A program made the position numbers and the translations under genes. Below, in pieces: positions 52,074 through 64,000 of a DNA stretch of 64,000 bases (positions are counted from its first letter, which is position 1; every line of letters begins with the position of its first letter). Below the pieces are notes generated by a model, which had not been told where the DNA came from, did not search any database, and was given only the letters and a program-made list of their open reading frames with translations. This DNA is from Podarcis liolepis (lineage: Eukaryota), in NCBI GenBank assembly GCA_965112155.1, contig OZ218105.1, one strand, 5' to 3'.

Positions 52074-52246
52074 CAGGCAATCCTCGTTTTGTGCGGGGGA
52101 TACGTTCCAGACCCGGACGCACATCAGCAAGAGCCCATGTAAATGCTCTGTCCCCATCCCGCCCTTTTAGTGAAGTTTTAGCGTCACTTCCGGGTTCAGC
52201 GCTATGCACACATTCACAATCCTGCATCAAAATTGACTGTTGCCTG
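52074..52246. mobile_element. Tc1/mariner-superfamily MITE inserted into an older CR1-like repeat
   Basis: TA|caggcaa ... ttgcctg|TA; the host repeat continues on both sides. Confidence 0.6.
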
Positions 52247-53067
52247 TATTGCCTCTGATAGCGGATATAGAACATAGCCTTCAAGGCTATGCCATCAAGG
52301 CTAGTAAGCCCTTCCTATTCTCCTTGAATTGGTCTAAATATCTATATTCAGTTTGGTTTCACTTTTAATACTTAATTTGCACTTTGCAGAACAATACTGA
52401 AACTAACATTTGTCAGAATTTTTCAATGCAGTTTCCCAACCATGTAATGTGTATATGTAATATGCATAAAATAACATTATGGGGGGAAAGCATTAGATGC
52501 ATTCTATTTGAAAACAAAATCTTTCAAAAATGTGCATAATTAGTAGAAATCCACATTGAAATAGCAATGAATTTTCATGAACCTTAAAAAAAAATCTTTG
52601 CAAACTGATGAGGAAATGTGGAGAAGTAGAAAAACGAGTAACTGAGAGAAATCAAAATCAACCTGTTTGCTCATCCTACTTCAAAGAAAGAGTGAAGTGT
52701 TTTGCCAGCTTGCCCACTATACCTCTATACACTTAACAGGTATTTCATTAAACAGTCGTACATGGAATATCTGCTGCCTTGGTGATTTAAGATATGCTCC
52801 TTTCAGATAAGACTGGGTGAGGCTTTTGCGGGATGCAGCAGATGCACTGTGCCTGCACTAGCGCCTTGAGTGAACAAGAGCACTTTATTCTCATTACCCA
52901 GAAGATTGTCAGAAAGCATATACCAGCAATATCTGAAGAGCCAAAGGTTCTCCAGATATTGCTGAACCACAGTTCCAATCAGCCCAGGCAAGCATGGCCA
53001 AGGATGATGGAAGTTGGAGTCCAGCAACATATGGAGGGTCAAAGGTTCCCCACACCTAACTTTTACC

Positions 53068-53384
53068 CAGGGGCGAATGAAGGCGTCTTGGCACCCAGGG
53101 AGGGGCGTTGCTACGTACGACGCATGCGCTGTACATAGCGACGCTGCACATACGGTGTACACAGCAGTTTGCCAGTGGCACTGCTCCAGCGCCGTACAGA
53201 CGGTGCCAGGATCCCTCCGTCGCCACTACAGCCGCGAACAGAGGATCCTCCACATGCGGTTGCGGCAGAGCGATGGCTGCTTATGCTGCCGCAAGCCCCC
53301 ACGGGGTGCCTTCTTGTCACCCCCCCCCCAAGACGTGGCACCTGGGGCGCACTGCCTGCCCCGCTCCCGGCTGCGCCGCCACTG
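53068..53384. mobile_element. CpG-rich non-autonomous hAT element
   Basis: Termini caggggcg / cgccactg; 8-bp TSD cttttacc 53060-53067 / catttacc 53385-53392 (one mismatch). Confidence 0.78.
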
Positions 53385-56300
53385 CATTTACCTTTGGTTT
53401 TCTAGAAATAAGTACCTGAGGCATTAGTTGAAGAGAAACTAGACAGAAGATTAAAAAAGAGGTTCAACCACCAAGTTACCATGCTATAAGATGACCTGCT
53501 GATTCAAAGAAGCATGTGATGGCATGTTCATTTTTATTAAGCTTCTCAGTTATGTGATTTATATATTTGGATTCATGTTTCTTTCAAGGATTTAGGTATC
53601 CGAGTATTAAATATATAAACACATCACACCAAACACTTTTCATTAAACCACACATTTTAATCTCTTTAATAGAGTCATCCTTTCAACAACTTCTTTAGTA
53701 TTGTATTTGGGACTGCACTTCATCCTGCCTGTGTGGGTCCCTGCAGGTCTAACCCTGCAAAAAGATGGTTTGGCCACAACCCAACACAGGAGTTTGGTGT
53801 GTGCCAAGTTTGTGAAAATCATTTAGCTAGTTTAGATGTTTATATTCCCATTTACTGATTCACCACACTACACTGATTCCTTAGTTGAATAAGGTACTTA
53901 ATGTTTGACAGGATGGAAATAAACAATAGTAAATCTTCTCGTGTCTAATTATTAACTGTCAGGTGATGCAGCTCATGACAATTGTGTTTCCCCTCGTTTT
54001 TGGTCTAATTAATTAACCTGTGTAATGTTTGATTTTGGTGCCCTTTGAAGATTTGCTGCAGCCAACATGTCTGCAAATTTTCACAGCATTGAAATAAAGT
54101 CAGTTATGTGATATGATCAGCAAAAGGGAGGCAGGAAGAGTTTCTACTGTATGGCAATTTATACACCATATATCAACCTTCGCCGCCTAGTTTTTACCAG
54201 ATACTTTGGACTACATCTCTCATAAACCCCATCCAGCATCGGCAATAGTCAGTGACCATGGACGCTGTAGTCCAAAAATCTGGAAGGCAGCCATTTGAGA
54301 TGGTGCTACATACTTCCACCACAGCTCTCATTGCAGTGAAGTGCAAAAATGGCTTATATACAGACATGCACCAGAACGTGGGACAATTTTATGTGTATCT
54401 GATTGAAAGGAATTAACTATGGGTATACAACATCTACTTCTAGATGTTTATTTCCAATACATATCCAATTTACTCCTGAAGTTCCTAATCCAGCAATCAT
54501 ATGTATATAGAAGCCTGCTTGGGTCTATGCACCTCCTTCACAGAATCAGGATGCTTTAAATATTTGCAGTATACAACCAACATTATAAAAACCAACCCTT
54601 TCCCTCTACTGACAATTTCATGTCATCACTCAATCCAGATTAACAGTGCAATCCTATAAATGTCAGAGATTAAGTCAAATAAGAAGAGACAACTCAGTTA
54701 CTGAAGTTATTATTCTGATATAGAGAGTAAGAAATTTTGGCTTTATAATTTTTATGCTTGTTCCAAACCAGTGGTTCTCCTTCCAGAAGCATATCAAAAT
54801 GTCCACTGTAAAATAGGCATGTGGCACACGGTGGAAGGTGCCTGTGTTCCCTTACCCTGCTGTTGCAAGAATTTGCTCATAGTGATTATATCTTTTAAAA
54901 AATTGTATCCAATCAAACTCTGCTGGGAGTTCATATTTTTCCGCCACTGTATTACTGCCAAGCACACTGCAGCTAATAAATTTTGGATCAACTTTGTGTA
55001 AGAACAAATAACTATTTGCATTGTTTTATTAACACAGCATTAACCATCCCCCCCCTAAACACTAGAGCAGCTCCAAAAGGTGGGAATTTATACCTGAATG
55101 CTTTCCAACACAGACCATTTCATATGTATGAGCAAATTTTATAGGAGGCAAAGGCGAACAAATTAAATTTTCTTTAGAAAAAGATCTGTTTAACATTAAG
55201 TCATAGAACAAGCTATTAGGAGTTCTAGAAATAATGGCCAGTAATTTGGCCTAGATCAAGTAGCACTTCCCATCTTTTTAACGTAAAACGTCTTCACATC
55301 TTGTTTCCTTCAATAGCAATTGATAAAGATGAGGCTTTTGTCCCTTGCCAAGATGTTCTACATATCCTAATAACTTTTTTTTTTAAGTGACCCAATCACT
55401 TGCAAATATTTCCCCTCATAATTCCCTTTTGTTCCATATGTTCCAGTGATGAAAAGCTAAACATCTTGAAGCCCTTTGCTGTATTATGTCCAGAGCAAAT
55501 TAAGACAGCATTCATCTGAAAACCCTATAAGCCCCACTTTTATTGAGGAAAAAAGCTGTCCTTGATATAAAGATTATTTGAGGAAACAATAAGTGCATTG
55601 GAAACCAGGCTAATGGAGATGTTCCAGAACTTTCTACCAAGTGCCTCAAATCTCATGATGGAGTTCATAATCAGATGTCTATGAAAGCATAGCTCTCTTT
55701 GAGGTTTTAGCCATACATGTCTACTCATAATGTGACTTACTCTCACATAAGCATGTATAGGATTGCAGTCATAGTAATCCACAAAACAGCTTTGAGTAGC
55801 ATGGGGAGCATTTCCTACCATTCAGATTTCAGCCCACACTGGTGTCATGACACAAATGGTGTTGAAACTTTAGTAGCATTGCTATTTCCCCTGCCACCAA
55901 TATCATACTAAAAGCCTAAGCATGGAAGAACCAACACTACAGCTTTTCCTCATGCCAGCTCCGCTCCAGGCTCAGAAGTCCCCCCAGGTCAGGCTCCTCA
56001 CATAGGGAATAAGGCCATAGGAAAGAACAAAGTAAGGCAGTAGCATCAGTGACAATGGAAATTAAGAATATTGGTTAAGCTGCCTGAGAGTTCTTTTAAA
56101 CAAGATCTGGGTTTTGCAAGTATCTATTAACATAAACCAGAATTTACAAAGATACCAAACAAATATATTGAACCTAGGAGTGAGGATGGTGGATCTCATC
56201 AATAAGAATGAATTTTCAAGGGGATTCTGGTGTTCCCAAGATGGAGAAGAAACCATGTTTACACCCACCTTTAAGCAGCAAATAAAAATTTAATTTTGAT

Positions 56301-57473
56301 TAAATGCAGCATAAACAAATACAGGATGCAACAGTCCCCATCCTTGCCCTAATCTCCTCTTCCTCCTCATTATTATTTTTTCAGATTTATAAACTGGTTC
56401 ACAACATAAAGCCATCGAAGCAGTGTACACAATAAAAACAGAAGTAAACACACAAATGCAAGCTCTAAACAACAAAATCAGTTCAACGAACTCTAAAAAC
56501 GAGTAAACCATCCATACAAACAAAAGCTGTTCATCAGATATGAAGTTGATGTTCCATAAACAGCTGGGTTATGCTTCAGGAAAAATCTTAAACAAAAATC
56601 CTCTGTAGGATAAATTTCATGAATTTTCCCACTTATTCTGCTACTACACATATCAGCAGCTTCCATGGATTGACCTTTGACTGAATTCACGTCATGAGGA
56701 CTTCATGCATGTATATTCTCATCTTCCGCCAGAACATTCCAGAAGTTCAAGACCCTGGAGATTTTAGCAAAACGTATTAAAAAGCCTATGAAGTATAACG
56801 GAAACGTTACTTAAAGCAAGTCTGGGACTAGTAAAAAGAAAGCTCAGCCACTCCAATAAGTGGTGAGTCGACAGTCCCAGGAGATATACAGAATGAAGCC
56901 AGAGATAGCTGGAAGTCAGATGTCTTGGAAGATTTATTTATTTATTTTTTTGGCTATAATGGATTGCCAAAAGCGTGCATTTCATTATCAGCATCTCTAC
57001 TGAAGAACAAGACCACAGATTTCCTGAAGCTACACATCTGGGGTAGACACACACCAACATTTATATGAGGAGTGAATAAACTTTTTCAGACAGAAGGAAG
57101 TGTTCCCTTGGGGGCAACCTTTTAGAGGCCGCATGCTGGTGCTGGACAGGGCCAGAGACAAAAGTAGTCAGAGTAATGGATGTGAACCCTTCCATTATAC
57201 ACATATTTCAGGCACAGAGAAGGCAGGATTTTCTCCAGCCTTGCCAAGCCACATCTTTTCATCCTCTATCCAGACAAACAAGGAGAATGAGCACAGCTCA
57301 AGGACACTTCCCAGCGAAGCAAAAGCACTTGGAGAGAGTGAAGAGCGGGGCTAGGAAGGGTTGTTTCCTTGGGAGAAAGTGTGGCCTGGAGAGTCAAGGG
57401 CCAAAAGGAGAGACTTGGAGAAGACATAGTTGGCCCCAAGTCAGAGGCTCCACATCCTTGCTATATACTGATA

Positions 57474-57717
57474 CAGTGGGACCTCAGGTTAAGTACTTAA
57501 TTCATTCCAGAGGTCCGTTCTTAACCTGAAACTGTTCTTAACCTGAAGCTCCACTTTAGCTAATGGGGCCTCCTGCTGCTGCCGCGCCGCCGGAACACGA
57601 TTTCTGTTCTCATCCTGAAGCAAAGTTCTTAACCTGGAGCACTATTTCTGGGTTAGTGATGTCTGTAACCTGAAGCGTATGTAACCTGAAGCATATATAA
57701 CCTGAGGTACTGTACTG
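57474..57717. mobile_element. Tc1/mariner-superfamily MITE, same family as 25330-25563
   Basis: Aligns end to end with 25330-25563; TA flanks. Confidence 0.88.
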
Positions 57718-58409
57718 TACTGATCTTATGTATACATTTGACAGCCAAAGTGCAGCTTGAAACCGTGAATGCCCTACATGAAAAAAATGCACAAAAACAG
57801 GGTTTGCAGTTCTGCTCCCTAGAGCATGGACTCTGGCCCCACTACTACCTAGGCCTCATAGGCTTAGCGGCTGTCCAGTTAGTAGGATTTTGTGCTTCAG
57901 AGGTTGACAGCTCTAGATCTCTGTGCTCACTCTTGATTCAGGTATTCTGACCTCCCCAAGTTCTACTTAAGGCTCTCTTGCAAGGTACAGTAAGGCCACT
58001 GATTTACATGGCTAATTCATAATGGAGACTTACTGTCTTATAGAGTATGGTACCCCCTAGGAGGAAGTCCATTAGCAACAGAGTCGAGAAGATAAAACTT
58101 GTCTGTGAGGACACAACAGATCCCATGTGAATCAGCTCATAAATTATTATAAAAACTAGCGTAGCTGAAATATACCTGCAGTATATAACCTCACACCTCT
58201 CCCCCCACAAAAAGGTTGCAATCGTTATCTCTGAACTGTTGATCCAAATAGAAATCATTTACTGCATAATTTCCATTGTGCAATGTTGCATTTTTGGAGA
58301 TGTGTGTGCTTTATGTGTGTATATTGGGGTGGGAGATACAGCTAGCATTTAGAGTCATTTGCTCAATAGTGTAGATCTCTCCCTTCATTCACTTTATGAA
58401 AACAACATA

Positions 58410-58688
58410 CAGTGGTGCCTCGCAAGACGAAATTAATCTGTTCCCCGAGTCTCTTCGTCTTGCGGTTTTTTCGTCTTGCGAAGCACGGCTATTAGCGGCT
58501 TAGCGGCTATTAACGGCTTAGCGGCTTAAAGAAAAAGGAAACAAACTCGCAAGAACTCGCAAGACGTTTCGTCTTGCGAAGCAAGCCCATAGGGAAATTC
58601 GTCTTGCGGAACGACTCAAAAAATGGAAAACTCTTTCGTCTTGCGCGTTTTTCGTCTTGCGAGGCATTCGTCTTGCGAGGTACCACTG
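58410..58688. mobile_element. Tc1/mariner-superfamily MITE with repeated ttcgtcttgcg motifs
   Basis: TA|cagtggtgcctcgcaagacgaa ... ttcgtcttgcgaggtaccactg|TA; the subterminal motif is reiterated internally; CpGs intact. Confidence 0.9.
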
Positions 58689-59199
58689 TACAAAACTGAG
58701 ACACCCAGGAAGGAAGTAGTGTCACTTTCTCAGTATGAACTGATGGAGGGTAATGAGCTCAAAATTGCATCTTCCTCTGCACAACGGTATCAGTATTTCT
58801 CTCAGTCACTGCCTTGTATTTGTGGCAAATTAGTTGTTTTCTCCACCAAGCAGGCAAGTTATGGTCCCATGGTTAGAAAAGGATGCTAACGAATGATTAG
58901 CATTAAGTTTATGGCTAAAAAATACTTGAAACCTGCATTATCAAATCTTCCCAGAAGCACGCATACACACAATGCAACTTGCAAACTGGCAACTTCATAG
59001 TCACCACCTGCACTCTAAACATAGAATCTCGACTCACAGCCAGATAAAAAAAAATAGTATATTCAAAAAGCAGGATAAGGAACAATTCAACAAGAAAACC
59101 GCTGTCCAAAAAGCTAGCCCATATGAGCAGCAGGTGGAGTGGAGTGGAGCGGCTAATAATAAAGTACAAATTGTGAAGCTCCTGGTTTTGCCATGTTCT

Positions 59200-59785
59200 T
59201 AGGCTTTCGGTCTCAGGAGACAATGGAGAAGTGCACCTTTGGGGATGAGGTTGGGATGTTGCAGCGCCTGCTGTGGCTGTGGAGACCGATACGGGAGAGA
59301 CATGTTTTGTTACAGCTGGGGCAGATGAAGGCATCCAGTTGTGTTGCTGTAGATGCACTTTCTCCCAGCAGTCATTTCTCCTCTGGTCACCACTATGGAT
59401 ACACAACTTGACCGCCTGCCTCCAGGCACTGTGGTCGTCTGAAAGGGATTCCCACATGGTGGGGTTGATGTTGTCAGCCTTCGTGTCATGTTTGCAGACA
59501 TATTTGTAACACACAGCTGGTCTGTGGTGCCAGAAGCCAGCTCCCTGTAGCCAACTCCTTGGAGATCCTGCCATCTTCCATTCTGTGGACATGACCAAAC
59601 CAGCGAAGATGTCGCTGAGGCAGGAGTGCGAACATGCTGGGAATGTGGGCTTCAGAGAGCACATCTTTGTTTGGAATTCTGTCCTGTGCCCCAAATCCTC
59701 CTGCGCCCCAAATCTAATCCTCCTGCTGCTGTGCATGTGGAAGGCACTGAGGCATAGTTCCTGGCAGTTGTAAGTTGCCCACAAC
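59200..59785 (-). mobile_element. Decayed RTE-clade (non-BovB) LINE 3' fragment
   Basis: Frameshifted pieces give WATY...AFHM, LRWFGHVHRMEDGRI and a C-terminal zinc finger FICPSCNKTCLSRIGLHSHSRRC typical of RTE ORF ends. Confidence 0.8.
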
Positions 59786-62313
59786 TCTTTTTACTAGTCT
59801 CAGACTTACATTAAGTAATGTTTGTGTTATACTTCATAGGCTTTTAAATACATTTTGCTAAAATGCCCAAGGTTTAGAACCCTTGAAATGTCTTGAAGAG
59901 TGCCACATTGGCTACCGCTGTGTTAAAGTATGTATGCAAGAGCACTGAAACACACAGTGCTTTGGGAACGCTAAACGACTTGTTTTGGATTGCATTTTTT
60001 AATAAAAAAAAGTAGACGTTCTTTTATTTTTCCAATGAGGCTTTAAACTTTCTTCCGAAATTGGAAACATGCTTCCTTCAGTTTGTATTCATTTATATTA
60101 ATTAAGACTGCCGCTTTTATGTTCGCGCAATAATAGTGGAACATTTGCAATGTATTTCTAAACAGTTAGATACAAATTAATGCAATGGTGGTGGTAGCCT
60201 TAAGCAAATTTCTTAATAAACAGTTGCTATTTAGTGTTGAATAAGTGGCTTAAGAGGGTAATTAGAGACATGTTTAGGAGTCTTAATTTAATGAACTGCA
60301 CCACAAATACGTCTCCAAGCATAAGCATGGGCTTTTTTCCAAGCATTGTTTAAACTCTTACAGATACTGAAGCTATCATAAAAAGGAATGCAATACAGAA
60401 GTATTCCAAATTGGAACAAATGCATTTTACTTACACTATGATAACATTCCATTAGCATCCCACAATTATTGGTTGCCACTGTTTTACTGTGGAATGTTTT
60501 ACCGAACAGGAAGAAATGGATTACTTAAAACACACACACACAATGCACACCCTGAGTGGCATCTTGGGCCACCCAAGACTGAGGATGTTTAAAGACATTG
60601 TGTTCTTTCCCTTATTCTTCAAAGATGGACAAAGCAGTTTGCAGACTAGTAGCAGTCTCCCCCCCCCCCAAAGACCACTCAGCTATGTTCTTCTACTTAT
60701 TCTTCATAAGTACACAAATTCCTAAGAAATGTAGAACCTTTTACCTTTTCTTAATTTCACATGCAACAATACTGTAAGGATACTTGAGGAACTCAGTCTT
60801 TGGAAACACCAAAGTATGGCAAACCTGTGGCCCTCAAGATGTTAATGAACTATAACTCCCATAATCTCTGACAACCAACAATTCTGACTGGGGCATATGT
60901 GAGTTGGGAGTCCATCGACACCTGAAAGGCCACTCAGGTTCCCCTGTTACCATATGCTTTTCACAGGTAAGTTCTCACTCCAGTAGCTAAGCAAACTTTT
61001 GAGTTACAAAATCTGTGAGATTACCCATAAGGAACATAGGGTTGTACCCAGTGCTAGACATACACAGAGCAAACATAGCTAACTTTGGTCCATTAATTTA
61101 AGTTGGTCTACTCTGAGTAAAAGTTAGTGGGATGCAACCGGCAACCTGAATTGCAAGTTAGTGAGTAAAAGTTAGTGGGATGCAACTGATAATCTGACAG
61201 GTATCGTGTGGATAATAGGAATCTAATTATTTGAGAGAAAGTTCATTAAAAAAAACCTTACAGTGCAACACTAGCCTTTTCTACTCAGAAACAAGTCCTA
61301 CTGAATGCAGTTTATGTCCAGATAAGTGGGATTAGGATTTCAGCCTTAATTTACTTTTAAAATATCAAGCAATATTTTTATAACAAGATATGCTATGAGA
61401 GCACAGAACATATGCAAAAAAACTCAGTACTGACACTTGCAATAAGCAAAACCACATTTTCAAAGCTATCTAAGGATTCTTAAGGAGCTATCCGTTCTTA
61501 TCAAAATGATTGCTCTGACCATGTCCCAAAGGAGAAGGGAACAAGCCAAGATGATAAGGGGTCAATGCGTTAAAGGCCTCCTTATTTTTTTCTGAATTCT
61601 AAATATTTATACTCATACAAGTCAATAATATTTTTTAAACAATAGCTTGGATCATCACTCTTAAATAATGAGCTATTCCAGCTCTAGTTTCATCATCTAC
61701 ATGTCAGTATTTCATAAACTGTGAGTTTCCACTAAGGAAACAATTGACTTTAGGTCAGGTTGGAATTCCCTACCTGTGACCCCTGATAGTGTAACTGCTT
61801 TGAAGCTGCCAAAATGTTTTCACTACATGTTCATCTTCTCATGTTAGCCAACAAAGTTAGCAATACTAGCTTAACCAAAGTTCCTCCCCCTTAAAAAGAC
61901 TCTTCTGGAGACAGCAATAAAGCAACTAAAATGCAGATGAGCCAGTAAGTAAAATAATAATTAGAAAACACTGAGCTAAGAGGAAACAGCTAGCAGAAAA
62001 GGGGGGGGGGAGAGAAAGCTTAATATCAGAGTGAATATAGCAATCCAATTATAAAGCAAATATTACCAGGCAGGCTATATAAGCAACATGAATTTGCAAA
62101 GATTATTTTAAACTAAGTGAAATTATGTTTGAATCACTAGAGCAGAGACCTAGGAGATCAGAGCTAATCTATTTTTCCTCTAATATCCATGACTCCCTCC
62201 CTCCCGTCCTATACAAAAGGACTTGATCCCCATCTCTAATGTGAAGATCAGAACTTAGCTATCCATGAGATTTTGCATTTTGTCGAGTACTGCACCATGG
62301 TTCTTGGAAGTGT

Positions 62314-62315
<2 letters not shown>

Positions 62316-62349
<34 letters not shown>
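62316..62349. repeat. (GT)n microsatellite
   Basis: Direct inspection. Confidence 0.97.
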
Positions 62350-62354
<5 letters not shown>

Positions 62355-62882
62355 AAATGTGTATTTTGAGAGAAAAGGCGTTTCCCATCCTTCAAAATGT
62401 TATTGTCTCTTGTTAAGCCACAAGTAAGACTCCTGTCCCCAGTTCTTGTGCACACACATTCTGTCGTACATACTGTTATCTTTGTATATTTTTACACTTA
62501 CCAAGGCTGCAATCCTAAGTCTGCTTATCTGAAAGCCCCATGGAATTCAATAGACAGCCTTTTGAGTAGGCACGGTTAGGGTTGCACGTTAGAAGTATAC
62601 ATCACACATATCACACTCGCACACCCCCCTCTCTAGTTGTGTAGAAGTAAAAACCTGAATGTAGAATCTGTGTCCTTGTGTACGTCCCATTTTTAGGGAA
62701 GACTTCATCACCCACACTGTAGGTTGCTGCTTGTTCCGCAGGTCAAGATGCACTGCAAAAATGATGGCATCGTGGAAACTAAGGAGAACGCCGATTCTCA
62801 ACTTGTTGCTTTCCCTCCATTTAGCTTGCATTGGAATCTAAATTGTCTCTGGTTAGTCCCTTGAAAAAGCTGGTTTGCTTAC

Positions 62883-62941
62883 CTTGTCTGCAGTTTGAAA
62901 GAAAGGAACTGTAAATCATGAGTCCAGATGTGGATGCCCAG
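62883..62941 (-). other. SULF1: Candidate distal SULF1 5'-UTR exon (59 bp)
   Basis: Minus strand reads tactcac (branch-point-like) tatttgcttctcccaacag| 59 nt ending AAG|gtaagc, so all three splice signals are good. No transcript evidence. Confidence 0.35.
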
Positions 62942-63589
62942 CTGTTGGGAGAAGCAAATAGTGAGTAAATATGTGCTCTTTTAAAAAAATGTTTTTAAAC
63001 TCCACTTTTTAAAGCATTATAGGACAGCTTTATTTATTTGAACATTAAATTATTTAAACATAAAAGGGTATGGAAACATTTGCAATACAAGACAGAGAGA
63101 ATGCTGGGATGTGAACATGGGAAGTCAGGGTCAATGTCCACCTTATGCATGAACTCATTAGATGTCTACAGGCCATTTATTTCAAAGCAGTCATAAACCA
63201 CTTAATATATATTTTAAAATAAATAAATTTCTTAAGTGGTGAGCCTCAGACAGGTGCATTTCCCAGTCCTACCCGGAGATGTCAGGAACTCAACCTGACT
63301 TCTCCTGCGAGTAAAGCAGTTGCTCAGTCACTGTGCTGCCGAAACTGCAACCCTGCACCAGATCTTGACCATCATCACAAAGTGTGTGCCAAGCTACATA
63401 AATAATGGCATCTGCATAATGCTTACTACAGAATTATAGTAGCGACATGCTGACCAAATCAGAGTATTTCTTCTTTTAAAAACCCAGTGGGACAGTCATG
63501 GCATTTAGCCCTCGCAAGCTGTTATGGACAGCATTTGTTAAGGCACAAGGCTTGCAGATTGGCAGGAATAATGTCATTCCCTCCCCATG

Positions 63590-63830
63590 AAGAGGAGGAG
63601 GAGTTTGGATTTGATATCCCGCTTTATCACTACCTGAAGGAGTCTCAAAGCGGCTAACATTCTCCTTTCCCTTCCTTCCCCACAACAAACACTCTGTGAG
63701 GTGAGTGGGGCTGAGAGACTTCAGAGAAGTGTGACTGGCCCAAGGTCACCCAGCAGCTGCATGTGGAGGAGCGGGGAATCGAACCCGGTTCACCAGATTA
63801 CGAGTCCACCACTCCTAACCACTACACCAC
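63590..63830 (-). mobile_element. tRNA-derived Squam3/MIR-like SINE
   Basis: Minus strand starts gtggtgtagtggttagg (A box) then gggttcgattccc (B box), gtgaccttgggccagtcac core, L2-like tail and (CCT)n end. Confidence 0.85.
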
Positions 63831-64000
63831 AGAGAACTGAAATCTTGTATTTGTAACAAAACCCAGTCACAAAATATTCTCAATTGGACCTTTTTACTCC
63901 AATGTGGCACATCAAAGCAAGAAGCACATAGATAACATTAACATATTTACTGTGAGGTGCTTTTGACTATGGAAAAGGACTAGAGATTCATAGAACAATT

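Noticed and set aside
58410-58688. Repeated ttcgtcttgcg motif as an array or regulatory cluster
   Set aside because: Subterminal repeats of a TA-flanked MITE.
58915-59784. 289-aa minus-strand ORF as a novel gene
   Set aside because: It drifts across frames of a decayed RTE LINE and then into low-information flank; only scattered pieces match RTE protein.
61114-61186. 25-bp direct repeat tgagtaaaagttagtgggatgcaac with a 23-bp spacer, superficially CRISPR-like
   Set aside because: Only two units, vertebrate intron, no cas genes; it is a local duplication of the end of a short palindromic repeat.

Overview
Vertebrate genomic DNA from a squamate reptile, probably a lacertid lizard (inferred from Sauria SINE, Squam3-like SINE and BovB content). 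The window lies inside the extracellular heparan-sulfate 6-O-endosulfatase gene SULF1 on the minus strand. Nine coding exons (172, 240, 152, 170, 151, 176, 129, 57 and 130 bp; 1377 nt, 459 codons) run from the ATG at 28902 down to 7028. All have GT-AG boundaries and splice into one open frame covering the signal peptide, the sulfatase domain with the CCPSR formylglycine motif and the start of the hydrophilic domain. The next coding exon was not found and presumably lies left of base 1. Bases 29000-64000 are most likely 5'-UTR intron, with two candidate non-coding exons. The introns hold a full-length but inactivated BovB LINE with its target-site duplication (TSD), a second BovB 3' fragment, a Sauria SINE, other tRNA-derived SINEs, RTE/CR1/L2 fragments, many hAT and Tc1/mariner-type MITEs, a probable solo LTR, a Penelope-type palindrome and microsatellites. 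I found no convincing new multi-component biological system. The best leads are a possible uORF arrangement over the SULF1 start codon, an AATAAA-containing splice acceptor, a perfect 44-bp-arm palindrome, a 111-bp micro-inversion and elements from horizontally transferred TE families. Repeat family names come from recalled consensus motifs, not from a database search.
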